A DNA stretch of 64,000 bases from contig NW_027596099.1 of the NCBI RefSeq assembly GCF_964194155.1, positions 2,356,001 to 2,420,000 of the forward strand, given 5' to 3'. A program made the position numbers and the translations under genes. Below the pieces are notes generated by a model. That model did no database searches and was not told where the DNA came from. It was given only the letters and a program-made list of their open reading frames with translations. This DNA is from Cetorhinus maximus. Lineage: Eukaryota. Below are positions 12,598 through 25,689 of the stretch, piece by piece; position 1 is the first letter of the stretch, and each line of letters opens with the position of its first letter.

Positions 12598-12619
12598 GCT
12601 GACAGAGATAAGGCACTCT

Positions 12620-15230
12620 TGGCTGCATGGATGACCATATCTGCAGATTGTGGCACCCGTTTAACGCGCTTGAGAAGCGGGTTTTGGAGTTAAACCTTCG
12701 GCTGGATGCACAGTGGTCCTTTTCTGAGGCGGAGACTTATATAGATAGCGTATCTTTTTTTTTACACACAGTGCAAACGAAGTGCAGGCAGAGAAGGAAT
12801 GGGTAACCACAGTCAGAAGAACGGATGCAAGCAGGTAGTCAGGAAACGCATAGAGTACGTCTCATTTATGAACAGTTTCTTATTCTGTGTTGGAAAATGG
12901 TGAAAGTGTTTATTCCTATGGGGAATGCAGCCAGACACCAGCTGCACAATCTGGGGGAGTGGAGAAAGCGAGGAACAACAATAATGTAGGAGACCAAAAG
13001 TTTGGGTCAGAGTCAGGCGTATCAGCGGCCATAGGCGTGACTCCAGGACTGTGTGTTGCTTCCCTGGAGCCAGGGTCAAGACAGGGTCATTGACCTGCTG
13101 CATGGAATTCTGAATTGGGAGGGCGAGAAGCCAAATGTCGTGGTTCACATTCGTCCTAACGGCATTTGTACAAAGAGTGATGCGGACCTGCAACAAGAAT
13201 CTGGGGAGCAAGGTAGCAGCTTGAAAGGCAGGTCGTCGAAGATTGTAATTTCTGGCTTAATTCCGATGCCACGTGCTATTGTGAAGAGGAATAGGCGGAT
13301 AGAGGAAATGCATGTGTGACTGAAGATTTGGTGCAAGAGGACTGCTGTAGGTTCCTGGGTCACTGAGTCTGTTTCTCGTAGAGGTGGAATGTGGGGAAGT
13401 CCGGGATGTTTTATCTGAACCGGAAATGAAGCACAATTATTTTTTGGTAGGGCAGGTGGTCGGGGTGGTGAGGGGGTGGGGGCGAGGTGGGGAAGCTGGC
13501 TAGTGGAGGTTTGCTGTTGCTCTTAGTGCGTGTTTAAACTAATTTGGGAATCGCATAGGATACGCAGTGGAGGTAAAGTAGGATGTGATTTACAGGCAAG
13601 TATAGAAGATAAACCAATTCAGCCGGGAAGACAGAGAGTATATCATCAAGTTAAGGCACAAGGGAGCTTGGCAAGGATGGATGGGAGTTATTTTAATAGA
13701 AGGAGTCCTGTGATTCGGGCAGATGAATTGAGGGTGTTCATTAACACTGGGGAATATGATACTGGTGAGGGAAAGGGCAGGGCTGGCAGCTCAATATTCT
13801 GGGTACGGAATCCTCAGTCGAGACGAGGCTGGCGTTGGGGGGAGGGAGGTCGGAATAGAGGAGTTGGTATCACAACGTTGATCAATGAATCAATTGCTGC
13901 AAAGAGGAAGGTTGATACCTTAGAAGGTTCCTCAGATGATGCCATATGGTTCGCCCTTCGATTCAAAAAGGGGCCAATAACCTTGCCAACCCCAAACAGC
14001 CAGAGAGATGGAAAGGCAGATATGTAGGCAAATCTCAGACAAGACAAAATAACAGTTTAACAATAGTCGGAGGTTTCCACTTCCCCCTATTAACCGGAAT
14101 ATGCAAAGTGTGGAAGGCTTAGAGGAGGCGGAATTTTCAAAATGTACCCAGGGGAGTTTTTTAATCCGGCAAATATGAATCCCAGAAGAAAGGGAGCACT
14201 GCTGGGCCTATCATTTGGGAACAAAGCTGGGCTAATGGTAGAAGTTTCAACGGGGGAGAATTTCGCTGATTATGTCCATAATTCAGTCAGATTTAAGGTA
14301 GATATTGAGAAGGATAAAATATAGCAGATATAAAGCTCCTGAATTTGGGTAAGGCATTTTTAAATAATTTAATACACGATCCTGGCAAAATGGACTGGGA
14401 GCATCCAATTGTCCAAAAACCTGCATCAGGGCAGAGGGATACTTGCAAAAATGAAATAGGGTGTCGAGACAAAATATTCCAGAGAGCCCCGGAATTCGAG
14501 GAATGTAGCTGATTGGATGAGGAAAAACAGGAAGCTCCCCGTGGATGCCGAGGGCACAAAATAGCGGAAGCCTAGAGGAATATGGAAAGTATGTGTGGTT
14601 ACTTAAAAAAGAAAGTTAGGAGAACGAAGCGGGGGCATTGGAAAACACCGGCAGGTAAAATAAAGTCATGCTAAAAGGGGTTTTATAAGTTTGTTATGGT
14701 GCAGAGGGTAACCAGGGAAAGAGCAGGGCGCATTAGGGACAAAATTGGCCATTTGTGTGCGGACTTGGGAGACGTAGATGGGAATTTAAATGTGCACGTT
14801 GCATCTGTATTTAGTGTACAGAAGGGTGATGTAGGTATATAAATCAGGGACGGGGACTGTGATGCACTTGAACAATTTAGGAGTGCGAGGGAGGAGATAT
14901 TAGATGTTTTAGCTGGCTTTGAAGTACATAAACCCCCAGTGGCAGATGAGATGTTTTCCAGGCTGCTGTGGAAGGCAAGGAAGGAGATTGTAGTGGCCCT
15001 GACATTAATTTCAATATCCAGCCTCGCCACAGGAGACTTCCTGATGACTGAATGCCAGCGAATGGGGTATCATTATTCAAAATAGGTGCCGATAAACCAG
15101 GGAGCTCTAAGCTGGTGGATCTAAAATCAGCGGTAGGGAAACTTTTGCACAAAAAATTCGGATTGACAACAGGCTAAACCTCCGCTTGGAGAAGCGGTGA
15201 TTATTCAGGGATAGTCAGCATTATTAATAT
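12620..15230 (+). mobile_element. CR1 LINE, 5' half: ORF1 (zinc finger/coiled coil/SGNH esterase-like), ORF2 AP-endonuclease and start of RT; decayed
   Basis: DDHICRL, VCCFPGARV and PNVVVHI in ORF1; GGRNRGVGITTLINESI, PPNSQR-like, GGFHFP and HNSVRF in the endonuclease; W.PANGVSLFK...KPGSSKLVDLKSAVGKLL in the RT lead-in. Confidence 0.85.
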
Positions 15231-15539
15231 GGATTGCCATTGACATTTTTCGCAGTTAGTCTAAATATTCTGGTTCAATGAATCCATACAAGGTCTCTTG
15301 CAGAATGTTGATCTAGCTTGTACACTTCATTTCCAAGAATGAGGTCCAGCAGTGCCTCCTTTCTCTTGGAACTGGAAACACACTGCAGTAGAAATATTTC
15401 CTGTGCACAATTTAGGAACTGCTAAAATCACTGTCTACATTCGAGAAATTGAACTCGCTCATTTTAAGTATTCTACAATCTTTGCAACTCACTGTAATTT
15501 CCTAGCCAAATTCTTCCACCACATCACTCCCAATTATTG

Positions 15540-16910
15540 ATGACCTATACACCACACCAAGAAATGTAACCACGCCGATTTTGTTCCTTAGCTCTAGACA
15601 AATAGATTGTCTATTTGCCCCATTGGGTTATCCCGTCTCTCCGGCACTGCAACACTCCCTTTAAACATTTCCACCAACCATCCTCCACTTCTTGCTAAAC
15701 TAAATTTCCTGAATATTTTGAATCCAGGAGTATTCCAGACACAGAACAGACCTTCATTCAACCATGTTCTTGTTATGTCCACAAAATCATACTTCCACAT
15801 GGAAACCTGCTTGTGTAATTCACCAACCTTAGTAAATACAGCCAGGACATTCACACTAAAATGCCACAGCCCAGAAGTAGACTTTAATACTTTCTGATTA
15901 ATGTGGCCATACCAATTAATTTTCTATTCCATACACAGGTGCCATGTATCCCTCACAATTTTCTGTATGCATTGTTTTTCATCTACGATATTGCTTCGTG
16001 GTTCCCACTTCAAAATTCACGTTAGTTCAAACGCACCCCAGTAGCACAGCTAGAACGCCCACAAGAAGGTCTCTATAGGTGCAAATGTACCGGTTATTGC
16101 TGAACCCTTCTCCTCCCGAGCCAGCCTCAATGACATAAGAATCTAAAGTCATTTCTCAAGTTGCATCTTCCTCGAAACACATTCATTTTTTTTGATCTTT
16201 CTATTTCGATACTCCCTTGCACGTGACACTTGGATTAATCTAGAGATCAAAATATTTGAGGCCCTGCTTGCGAATTTCCAATCTGGATCCCTGAATTCAG
16301 ACTGCAGGGCCACAGCACTCCTCCTACCCGCGCCCTTGGAACAGTTGTATTTTATGTTGTTGAAAGCTTCCCCTTCAGAATGCATTTGTAGCCGATCACA
16401 GACCTCGATCTTGGCGCCTGGGAGGGAACACAACAGCCTGGACTGAATGGGCCACAGTAATGCTTAACTACTCCCTAACGTTAAGAACAACTAACACTAA
16501 TGTTCTTCTATGCTTCCTTTTTAACCCCCTTTATAGATAATCCATCAATGATGCCATATCCCTCCCTCCTGTTCCGCTCCTCAGTGAAACCAGATTGTCA
16601 TTATTACTCCGATCTGAATTCTGGTTGTAGAATATGAGGCACGCAGACTGCCTGCCACCTACCTTTCCTTATTTGAATGGTTGGTGGACATATATTCCCA
16701 ATGTCAACGCATAGACATAAGCTGCAAGGTGACCACAGCTATCAGTGAAAAACCCACAAATCTGTCAGAAACCTGGATTAAGACCATCGATGCCAGCTGC
16801 CGATGTACTTCGAAAACCTGGAGCTCGATATCCTGCCTTCGATGGCACTTCCTGCAGAAATTATTATCCAAGGACACCGTGGACATTTTGGAGTTCCCAC
16901 ATTTCACATA
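15540..16910 (-). mobile_element. CR1 LINE 5' portion (ORF1 and start of ORF2), opposite orientation
   Basis: The minus strand gives CGNSKM...DNNFCRKC and LCSLPGAKI in ORF1, and KYDFVDITRTWLNEG...PGFKIFRK in the endonuclease. Confidence 0.8.
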
Positions 16911-17264
16911 ACGTACACTCCAGAGGTTGGAGAAGTCTGCAATTCTTCCGTGTCTTCGTTAAGCTTATTGATGCAAATAAACCTACCCAACACGAATAAA
17001 ACTTAGTAATACTAATAGATCTTTCCGCTATGAATAAAGCTTACTGATACTGCTAAATACGGATGATACTTAGCGCACCATTATTGATAATAAAATATTA
17101 GGCTCGCTAGTTACTCATTGTTAATACATAATAGTTTTACCGCTTTGAGGCTGCAAGTTGTTTTGGGTTAAATCCCTAACGTTCAATACTCATCGGCGAA
17201 GCAACTTACTCATGACCTTAGAGCGATTTTCCTCTTAACATTCGCTCCACATAATTGCCAGTCA

Positions 17265-17975
17265 ATGACCATCTCCAAGTGGAGGGAACGTCATTATCTG
17301 CATTGGGAATTCCACGACGTTACTGTCACTGAATCCCCAACTATCAATATCCTGGAGGTTACCATTGACCACAATTGTACTGAAGTAGCCAAATAAATAC
17401 TATGGAATTTAGGCCAGTGCAGAGGTTGGAATTCTACAGAGAGTAACTCAGCCCCTCATACCACAAAGCTGGTCCACAATTTAGAAAGCGCAACTCAGGA
17501 TTGTGTTGGTATAACCTGCACTTGCCTGCATGACTGCAGCTCCAACAGCACTCAGGAACCTGTACGCCGTCCAGGACAAAGAATCCCTCTTGATTGGTAC
17601 CATATCTACCACCTTTAGAATACGCTCCCTCATCCACAGAAGCACAATATCAGCAGTTTTTCCATCAACTATCTGCACGGGGTCAACTCACGAAGTGACC
17701 TTCCAACCGCTCGGCCTCGAATACACATATGCACAATAACAGCAGGTACATGAGAACAGCACCACCAGGAACTTCACAACCAAGCCACTCACCATCCAGA
17801 CCTGGAAATACATCGTCGCCTCTGCACTGTCCCTGGGTTAAAGTCATGAAATCCCAATAGCACTGAGAGTACACTTACACCACAAGGAGTGCGGCCATTC
17901 AAGAAAGCAGCCACTTTTGGGCAATAAAAATGTTGGTGTAGCTAGCGATTTGCATGTATGTGATAGAAGAATTAA
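17265..17975 (+). mobile_element. LINE (CR1/L2-group) RT C-terminus and 3' UTR fragment
   Basis: ESPTINILEVTID and LAC.TAAPT fragments, then a tail ending gggcaataaaaatgttgg. Same family as 35080-35760. Confidence 0.65.
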
Positions 17976-18039
17976 ACATAATGGCCCAGTCAACACTCTC
18001 AGATTAGCACCAACAATGTATTTTATACAGAACAATTGT

Positions 18040-18345
18040 TTCTCTCCAGTAACCACATGCAGGACAGTTTCAGCAGGGGATTACATACACAGAAAATCTC
18101 CCTCTAAAATTTTACCGATGAACAATCCCAGGAGAGGTATAGCATTGGGAGCGTCACAGAGCAAAGCTCCTCCTACACTGCCCCCATCAATCAATCCCTG
18201 GACTTTAACGCCACAGGCTAAATGCAGCCTAAATCTCTCTCTATACTGTCCCAAATACTCACCACCAGGATAGCAAAAGCACTGGGTTTGATGCCGAATA
18301 AAGCTCCCTCTACAATGCCCCCATCAAACACTTTCAGGAGAGGGC
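18040..18345 (+). repeat. ~68-bp degenerate tandem repeat, ~4 units
   Basis: Units like aaagctccctctacactgtccccatcaaacactcccaggacagg recur at ~18095, ~18163, ~18231 and ~18300. Confidence 0.75.
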
Positions 18346-18599
18346 AACGTCCCTGACAAAAGGTCCTGATGTAGCTACATCTCAGCGCGAGTAGCATAGC
18401 ATTTTAATGCAGTGTTGTTTGGCAGTGGAAGAGGTGGTGTGTTACTGGAGAATAGTAGCTCCTAGTAATGCTGGTATGATGAATGGAGTCACATTACTTT
18501 GTGGTGGAGTCTGGACGGAGTCATTATTAAGGCAGCCCACATGCATGGCAGTATCTCGGGTATGGGAGTAGTTATTAGCAATAAACAGTTCATGTATAA

Positions 18600-21080
18600 T
18601 CATACAAGCCTCAACGCCGCCTTCTGGAGACGCCTAATGAGACTTTTCAACATGGTGGCAGCTAAATGAATGTTGCTAGAATCTCCAAATAGCTGTAATA
18701 AGTCCACGGATTCCCATGGTGTGACCGGAGATAACTTGTCAACATTGCTGGTGGAGTTAGATTTAGTTTTACAAAATGAAAACAGAAGGCACAAGAAGTT
18801 TGAAGTTTGCTAAGTTATGAAGCTTCCTTTGAGATGTAGCGGGCGAAAGACTGCAATTGGGCATGTGGAAGTCCATTGCCAGGCTGCTCAAAAGTGCAGA
18901 ATCGAGGAAGATGTGCTGATCACAAAAAAGACAGTGCAAATTCACAAACAAACCGAAGAAATGAAAAAGGATGACAGATTTATCCATTTTTGGGGGATAT
19001 CCACTTTGATCAGGAGAAACAGCTGAGAGAGGCAGAGTCCATAGACCTGGCCAAATCACTAAAGGCTGAGCAAAATGCAAAATGAAGCTGTAGGTATGTT
19101 TTAAAGTAGGCAGCAGACTCAGGGCTTAGCACATCAAGTGGGCAGCTGGATAAAGCTGTAACAACAGCTGGCAGCGTTCAACCAGGTGGCGCGGCTGAAG
19201 TGAACGTAGTTTTTGTTTATACAATTAATGCCGTTAATTTTAACGACAGGCAGAGTAGAGAGAAACCTGAAGCATTTTTAAAAAATGGTCCTTTCATTAG
19301 AACCCTGTGTTCTTGCTTTTGAAAAATGAATGTGGGGTTAACAGGCCTAACCTTTTGAACAAAAATGCAATGGACATAGAGCAATACCGCCGAATACTAA
19401 AAAGTATGGAAATTCACAGCCGGGTAACTAACAGCTGCAGAGCCATCCTGAAGTGGACAAAAAATGGAAGTGGCACAGAGAGCCTTGAATGCGCAACGGC
19501 ATTTAAAATAATTAAATCAGGAAATGAAAACAAAATGGCCATGGTTAGGAAATTGCAACGGAGTCCCATTTTTGTTTCTGCAAGGGCTGAAAGGATATTG
19601 TTCTTTATTTAAATTATTGGATGGATCAGGTCTAAGCACAATATCTGGAGACGTCCAGGCCAGCACTACCTTTAAACTCATTTGCTGATCTTTCACGCGC
19701 AATGTAGTTCATCAACCATCTTCAAATGAAACATTAAATGCCGATCATGAATCTTTGAAACATCAAGTTGAGTACTCTGTAGAACCTTACAAGGTGCTTT
19801 GGACACCCTTATCAAACTAACAAACGGCGAAATGACGTCCTTGAACAGGATATATGAGGCACCAGAAAGGTCAAAACTTCCTGGAAATCCCAGGAATCTA
19901 TCTTTATGGGGAGCCTGAGGCATGATTCCTAATTTATTTCCCTTTCAAATACACATAATTGTTTCCAGGATTGTACAAACAGCTGGTAGTTAGCCAGAGG
20001 GGAATCAATATAAATAGCGATGTGGCACTTGGAGGAGAAAAATCAGCAAAAAAAATAAGATATTGCTTGTCTCAAAGCTGATCTGGATGATTGGAAGTGT
20101 CAGATTCAGGCTGGGCATGTAGATTTAAAAAAGCACCGCACAACGCAGTCTTCAATGAGCCAGACTTTTCGAGGCCTGAACAAACAGAAATTTGACGTCA
20201 AGCAAAGGGAGCAGGGGGGTATAAGCACCCTCAATTCCACAGTAGGCAAATCAAAGGGAGAGTTAGAAAATGTCATCCATATATGCAGCCAGGCAAAACA
20301 GTAGAGAGTAAACAGACTCAAAGAAGCTGTGAAAATGAAGGGCTCTCTGCAGGATGAACCAATATTCGTTAAAAAATCATCTAAAAACAAGATGTTGAAT
20401 ATTATGTGAGGGGGAAAAAAAGCTGCATTGGAACTATCAGCAGCATCAAAGGAACGTGCTGAAGCTCAGGGTCGGAACACAGATAATTATCCGGCGTGTT
20501 CACAAAGCAAAATTGAGGGCTTTACTCTTCAGCAGCATTAATGCAATAAAATCTCACCTAAACAGTAGAAGGGAGGAAGAGCAGAGGAAAATTGAGGAGA
20601 CCCTGCTGAATACAAGGAAAGTGAAGATGAAGCAATACAAGCTTCGCAGCGCGAAGGGAAACCTCGTGATAGTGCAACAGCTCTGGGGAGGCAGAATGCT
20701 GTTTGTGTTTTTGGTTTGGATATGACTCTGCTTCTGCAATGTTTCTTTTTCTCAGTACTTCGGACTTAACAGACTCTGAATGTGAATAGCTAAAAGAGCG
20801 CCAGTTCATTCAACTCACTGGGCAGTGCCACGTGTTTTCGCTGGACCAATACTGACATTGCCATTCTGTGATCTTTGGGTACCAGACGCTACTGCACCAG
20901 CATCAGTAAAAGTATCCTCCGTGCAACGGATGAGAGAATTTCTCATAGTTGCAAGTATCTCAGTAACAGAACAATGACTATTCTGATATAGGGAGAATGC
21001 ATAGAAACTAGGCTCTAATTGTTCGCTAAAGCTCGGATACTCTTTGAATTGCATTATCATGAGAGTTCCTGATAACTTCC
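18600..21080 (-). mobile_element. Highly decayed L1/Tx1-like LINE (ORF1 and endonuclease region)
   Basis: Minus-strand fragments LHYHEVSLRAAK (ORF1-like), FFSSKCHIAI, PGNNYVYLKG and QAPH resemble L1 motifs in the expected order. Weak matches. Confidence 0.35.
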
Positions 21081-21114
21081 TTTGTCCCCATCCGCACTGG
21101 GAGAATTATTTAGC

Positions 21115-21640
21115 ATAAAAGCAAATTGCTGCAGATGCTGGGTAAGCGAAAAGCAGAAAATGTTGGAAAAACTCAGCAGGTCTAGTAACATGCGTAGAGA
21201 TAGAAATAAAGTTAGCTTTTTGAGTCGGTATGACTCTTCTTCAGAGGATTATGTAAAGAATGTCTTATCATCTATCACAGATAATACATATTTATATTAC
21301 AATGATATTTAAATTGGTGTCTGCATAGCGAATCTGATGTTTCAGGTTTTCAGCTTGCACTCATCAGTATGGTTCACCAGATAAACAAACGGTGAAGTGA
21401 ACAACAATTTATACCACATGAGAAGAGAGTGAAGATGGGTGCGTAATTGGACTCTGATTGGTAGAGTTAACAGCTGGTACAGTTAGGTTTTCTGTGCTGC
21501 ATTTTCCATGCCAACGCCTCTACAATCAGAGATTCCACTTCCCAACGAATCAGCACTCTCTTTTCTGGTCTGAGGAAAGATTGGATAGCATAGGGTTGGT
21601 ATCCTTGGAACAGCAGCGATTGGAATAGGAGGACTAAAGG
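21115..21640. mobile_element. Penelope-like terminal fragments (similar pieces at 22440-22530, 52625-52700 and 62935-63005)
   Basis: tgctgcagatgctgg...aaatgttggaaaaactcagcaggtct...agaaataaagttag...tcttcttcaga recurs in both orientations in the window. Confidence 0.5.
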
Positions 21641-24600
21641 ACTGTGAGGGGTCTGGATAGAGTAGGTAGGAAGGGCCGAATTACTATTGCAGAGGGACCA
21701 ATGGCAAGGGGGAAAAGTGGCAATACGCCGGGTGGCTCGTGTTTCGGGTGCCACAGAAACGATGGGCAGAGTGGCCTCATGATATGCGGTAAGTTCTCTA
21801 CTACTCTGCTTTTACTTCGGATGCAGCCTATTAGGAGCATCATACAGTTTTGTATCCTGCGCTTATTTTCTAACATAGCCTCGGCAATGCTAAAATTGAT
21901 GCAAACAGAAAAACAGCCAACACTCTCCCTCCTATTTGCCTATGTTTTTAATAATCCATATTTGTCCAGAGATCTCATCTCTGCCTCCGATCTGAAGCGA
22001 ACATTGTTCTCACTCTATGAAAATAAAACATGCTCTTTATTTTAAAGGCTGATATGTTACAACATGTGACACAAGGTATAACATACAGCTATCTTAAGCA
22101 CATGGAATGCAAATATCAAGCGGTATATCAATGACGTGAAATTGGTTTCAGTGTGGAGCTAGTGTTAACGCAAGGGGTTCGAGGCAATGGATATATCGGG
22201 GAAAGTAGAGGCTAAAAAGGCAGTGACCTGGGCAGCTTGGTACTGAGATAGTAAGGCAGGTGGTCTTCTTCACACACAGTGCAATAATGTGCTGAAAAAT
22301 ACTCATTGTGCTTATTGAAGTATTCTAGCAGACTATTTCTCTCACTGAACAGTAAGACAGTTAAAGATAATTAAAATTAATAAAAAAATATATTTCTCTT
22401 TTGCACTGAAGTATGAGAGTACGAAGAGTAATAAGGACACAAAACGTTAACTCTGTTGTTTCTCTCTCTACTGATGCTGTTGGACCTGTTGACATTCCCC
22501 AGCACTTGCGGTTTTGTTGCTGATTTCATATGTTGGTAATCGTCCAACTTTTTTCCGTTCAGGTGGTCTTACTGGTGCTTGCTGATAGGGAGAGTCTATT
22601 CTTCCCAGTCTCTCGTAAACAAGTGGCCCTCCTTTTTTAAAGGCTGACATTTTCTGATTTGTGACAAGCGGTTTCACAACCGTTGTCACAGGAATGCATA
22701 AGGAGGCTGACTCAGAAGCGACTCAGGATTCACTGTGGAACTGAGCAACATAAATGGTGTTAACTCCGGGAGCTTTAGACCCAGCATCTTGGGGAGATAG
22801 AAAATTAATTACATTATTCTGACTCAAATTAAATTATTTATTATGATGCACATTGTGAGCTTGGAAAAGTGGTTAAAATTCACTTCCAACACACAACACA
22901 ACACAGCGCAATGATGTTCTGCAAAAAAAAAATGTTCAGTGCATCTTTGCATAATAGCACTGTCACTGATATAATCATTCAGAGTGCAAGGCACTTTTTC
23001 ACCTTTTTAAATCCTACCGTGTAATCTCATCTGAAAGACGGAAGATGTGGTTGACAGCTCCATGAAGCGGCTCATAATCAGCAGAAATCTGCTCTCTCTC
23101 TCTTCCTTTGTGTAACACCAGGTCCAATCAGCTCCTGACCTCATTAAAGGCTTGCAGCACTGTTTCAACCGGGGACAAAATAGCTGAACTCAAGGGATCA
23201 GGCGCGAGTCATTGACATGAAAGCACCACGTGAACGAATGAGGCAGCAAGGAGCCCGAGCAAAACTCGTATTCATTGGAAAAAGGAGCGGCTTGGGGTCT
23301 GTGGTGAGGTGGGGGGGGAGGGGTGGGGAAGGTGTGTGTGTGATGGGGGTGGGGGGGGTGGGGGTTATTGGTGGTTGTGGGAGCGGGTGGTGAGGCAGGC
23401 GGAAAGAAGTTTGCATTGTTTGGATCATTCCTAGCAGAACGGAAGGCCGTTGTATGAGATCACGCATCTCAGTACCAGGATATTGCTGCAGGGGATCCTC
23501 AGAGTGGTTTGCATGGCCCAACCGTCTTCAACTGCTTCATCAATAATCTTCCCACCATCATCACCATTAAGTTGGAATATTCCTGGATGACTGCACAATT
23601 CTGCACACCTCCTCTGTATTTGCAGAACGTGTTCATATGGAATAATTTGGACGACTTTCAAGCTTGGGTTGGTAGCTGGCAATTAGCATTCGCGCCATAC
23701 AAATATCAGGCAATCAATGTTACCAGGCACCGTAAGGTCTCCTAACACTGTCCCATGATGCTAACTCGCGATCAGATCTAATATATGTGAGTGCATAGAC
23801 ATTAATGTGGTTGAATGTCAACTTCCCTTTGGAATGGCTGGCAAAGCGCTAAACTTAATAGGACAAGTAATGTTGGTCTTATCAGAGACGCCCAGATCCC
23901 CCGAGATAATAAATAAATAATTAAAAATCCCAGAGACTCAGTTTAATGCTCCATCAGAGTGTAACGATCCATTGACAATGCCCAATCAAATGTGACAGGA
24001 GAATGTGCTTTTCCCTAAACGCTACACAATCAATCGGGTCGATATTCAGGTCTCTAAGCACAGCCAGATCAGCCCTCCCATTTGAGAGGGAAGAACTAAT
24101 AAACGCTTTCCGCTCAACATTCCCTGCAATAAGAAGGTCACGGCCCCAGAATAATCTCCAAGCAAACGCACTAAACTAAGATGGCATACATTTCATTCAA
24201 CACTGATCAGTCATTCCCTACCGGAGACAACGTGTAAAACCCATCTAATTCTGACCAATTAAACCGCCTTGCGGTGAAGAACAGTCTTCCCAATGCATCC
24301 TGGGACAAGTGAAGTCACTGTGAGAGAGTTCAGTGAGAAACTGAAAACTACAGTAGAAAGATAAAGTTATGGGTTAAATGGATCACAAGGCAAAATTGAG
24401 CAAATGTGGCAGAGAGCGGCTGAAAAAGACAGCAATGCAGCAGTGAGGAGAGAGGAAGGATGATTGGTCAGGGAGGGGTGGAGTAAACTGTGTCCCAGTG
24501 CAAGAGGGAGCAGGGAGACGGGATTCCCGCAGGCATAGGCCAGGGGAGTGCTCACAGAGTAAAACCCTCAGTGAAGTGTACTATGGAGCGAATGAACAAA

Positions 24601-25689
24601 GTGAACTGATATAGCTGGGGCACTATCATGGTTTGGGCAGTTGAGTGATGGTTACTTAAGCACTTACAATCACAGAGAGCTAGCTGATAAGCATGACCTT
24701 TACTGTTGGACCGAATGAAATGCACTGGAATATTTGTAAAAATAGAAAGCTGAGCAACCAGGAAGGGATTATACAGCGTGTGGTCAAAACTCATGCCAAT
24801 GTGAATTTGAGGATTTTTTTGTTGTTCTGCATATCCTAAGTTCTCAAGGGGGCCGCATTGTCTTGGCACCATCTCACTAAAGACACTTTCAAGGGTAATT
24901 CACTGGTATAAGAGCAGTGTCCGGATCCTAGGCTCGTATTCCACTCCACAGGTGATTGACTCGAATTATACACAATTCTCCTCATGCCTCTTGCATTGCC
25001 ACGTAACTCATAGGCCCAGCCCTTTCCCTGTGTGTCGATTCCAAAGCTGTTTTAATCAGGGACCGGGAACGACAGGTGCAATTTTAAGTACAGTTTTTAA
25101 TGAGTGCTTTTCAGCGTTAGGATGATAGTGCACTTGAACTGTGAGGGTGTGATTTTTAGTCAGCAGCTGTAAAACATCAGGGATTAAGCTGAGCAGAAAT
25201 GCCTGTGGAGCAAAACAATGCACATAATTAAAACAATACTAACCTGCCAGATAACTGCAATATCATTCTATAAACATGCGCACCCTCTCTCCATGGTCAA
25301 TAGATCAGACCAGTAGTGCAATGCCCAAATCGGATTGAATATTCCACATGTGGAGTATTCAGTGCTCAGTATTACCGAATCACAAATTTAATCTCTCCAT
25401 GTTCCAGAACTTTTTGCTCAAAGAGCAACATGAAATTACCACAGTCTGTTGCAGATATGACGGAGCCCATTCTGCCTGGTGTGTCGTTTTTGGCTTTCAG
25501 GACGAGCTGCTAAATTATTCGCAGCTCTTGCCCGTCCTCCCCAACCACCAACCCCCTTTACTCCCCCCTAACCCCACCCCACCCCCGCATTTTATCTCAA
25601 CACTGGCTGTTTGATGAATGAGCTCCAATGTATAAGAGCATAGTAATTAAAATAATAATAATTGCAATAATATTAATAATTATTATTAT

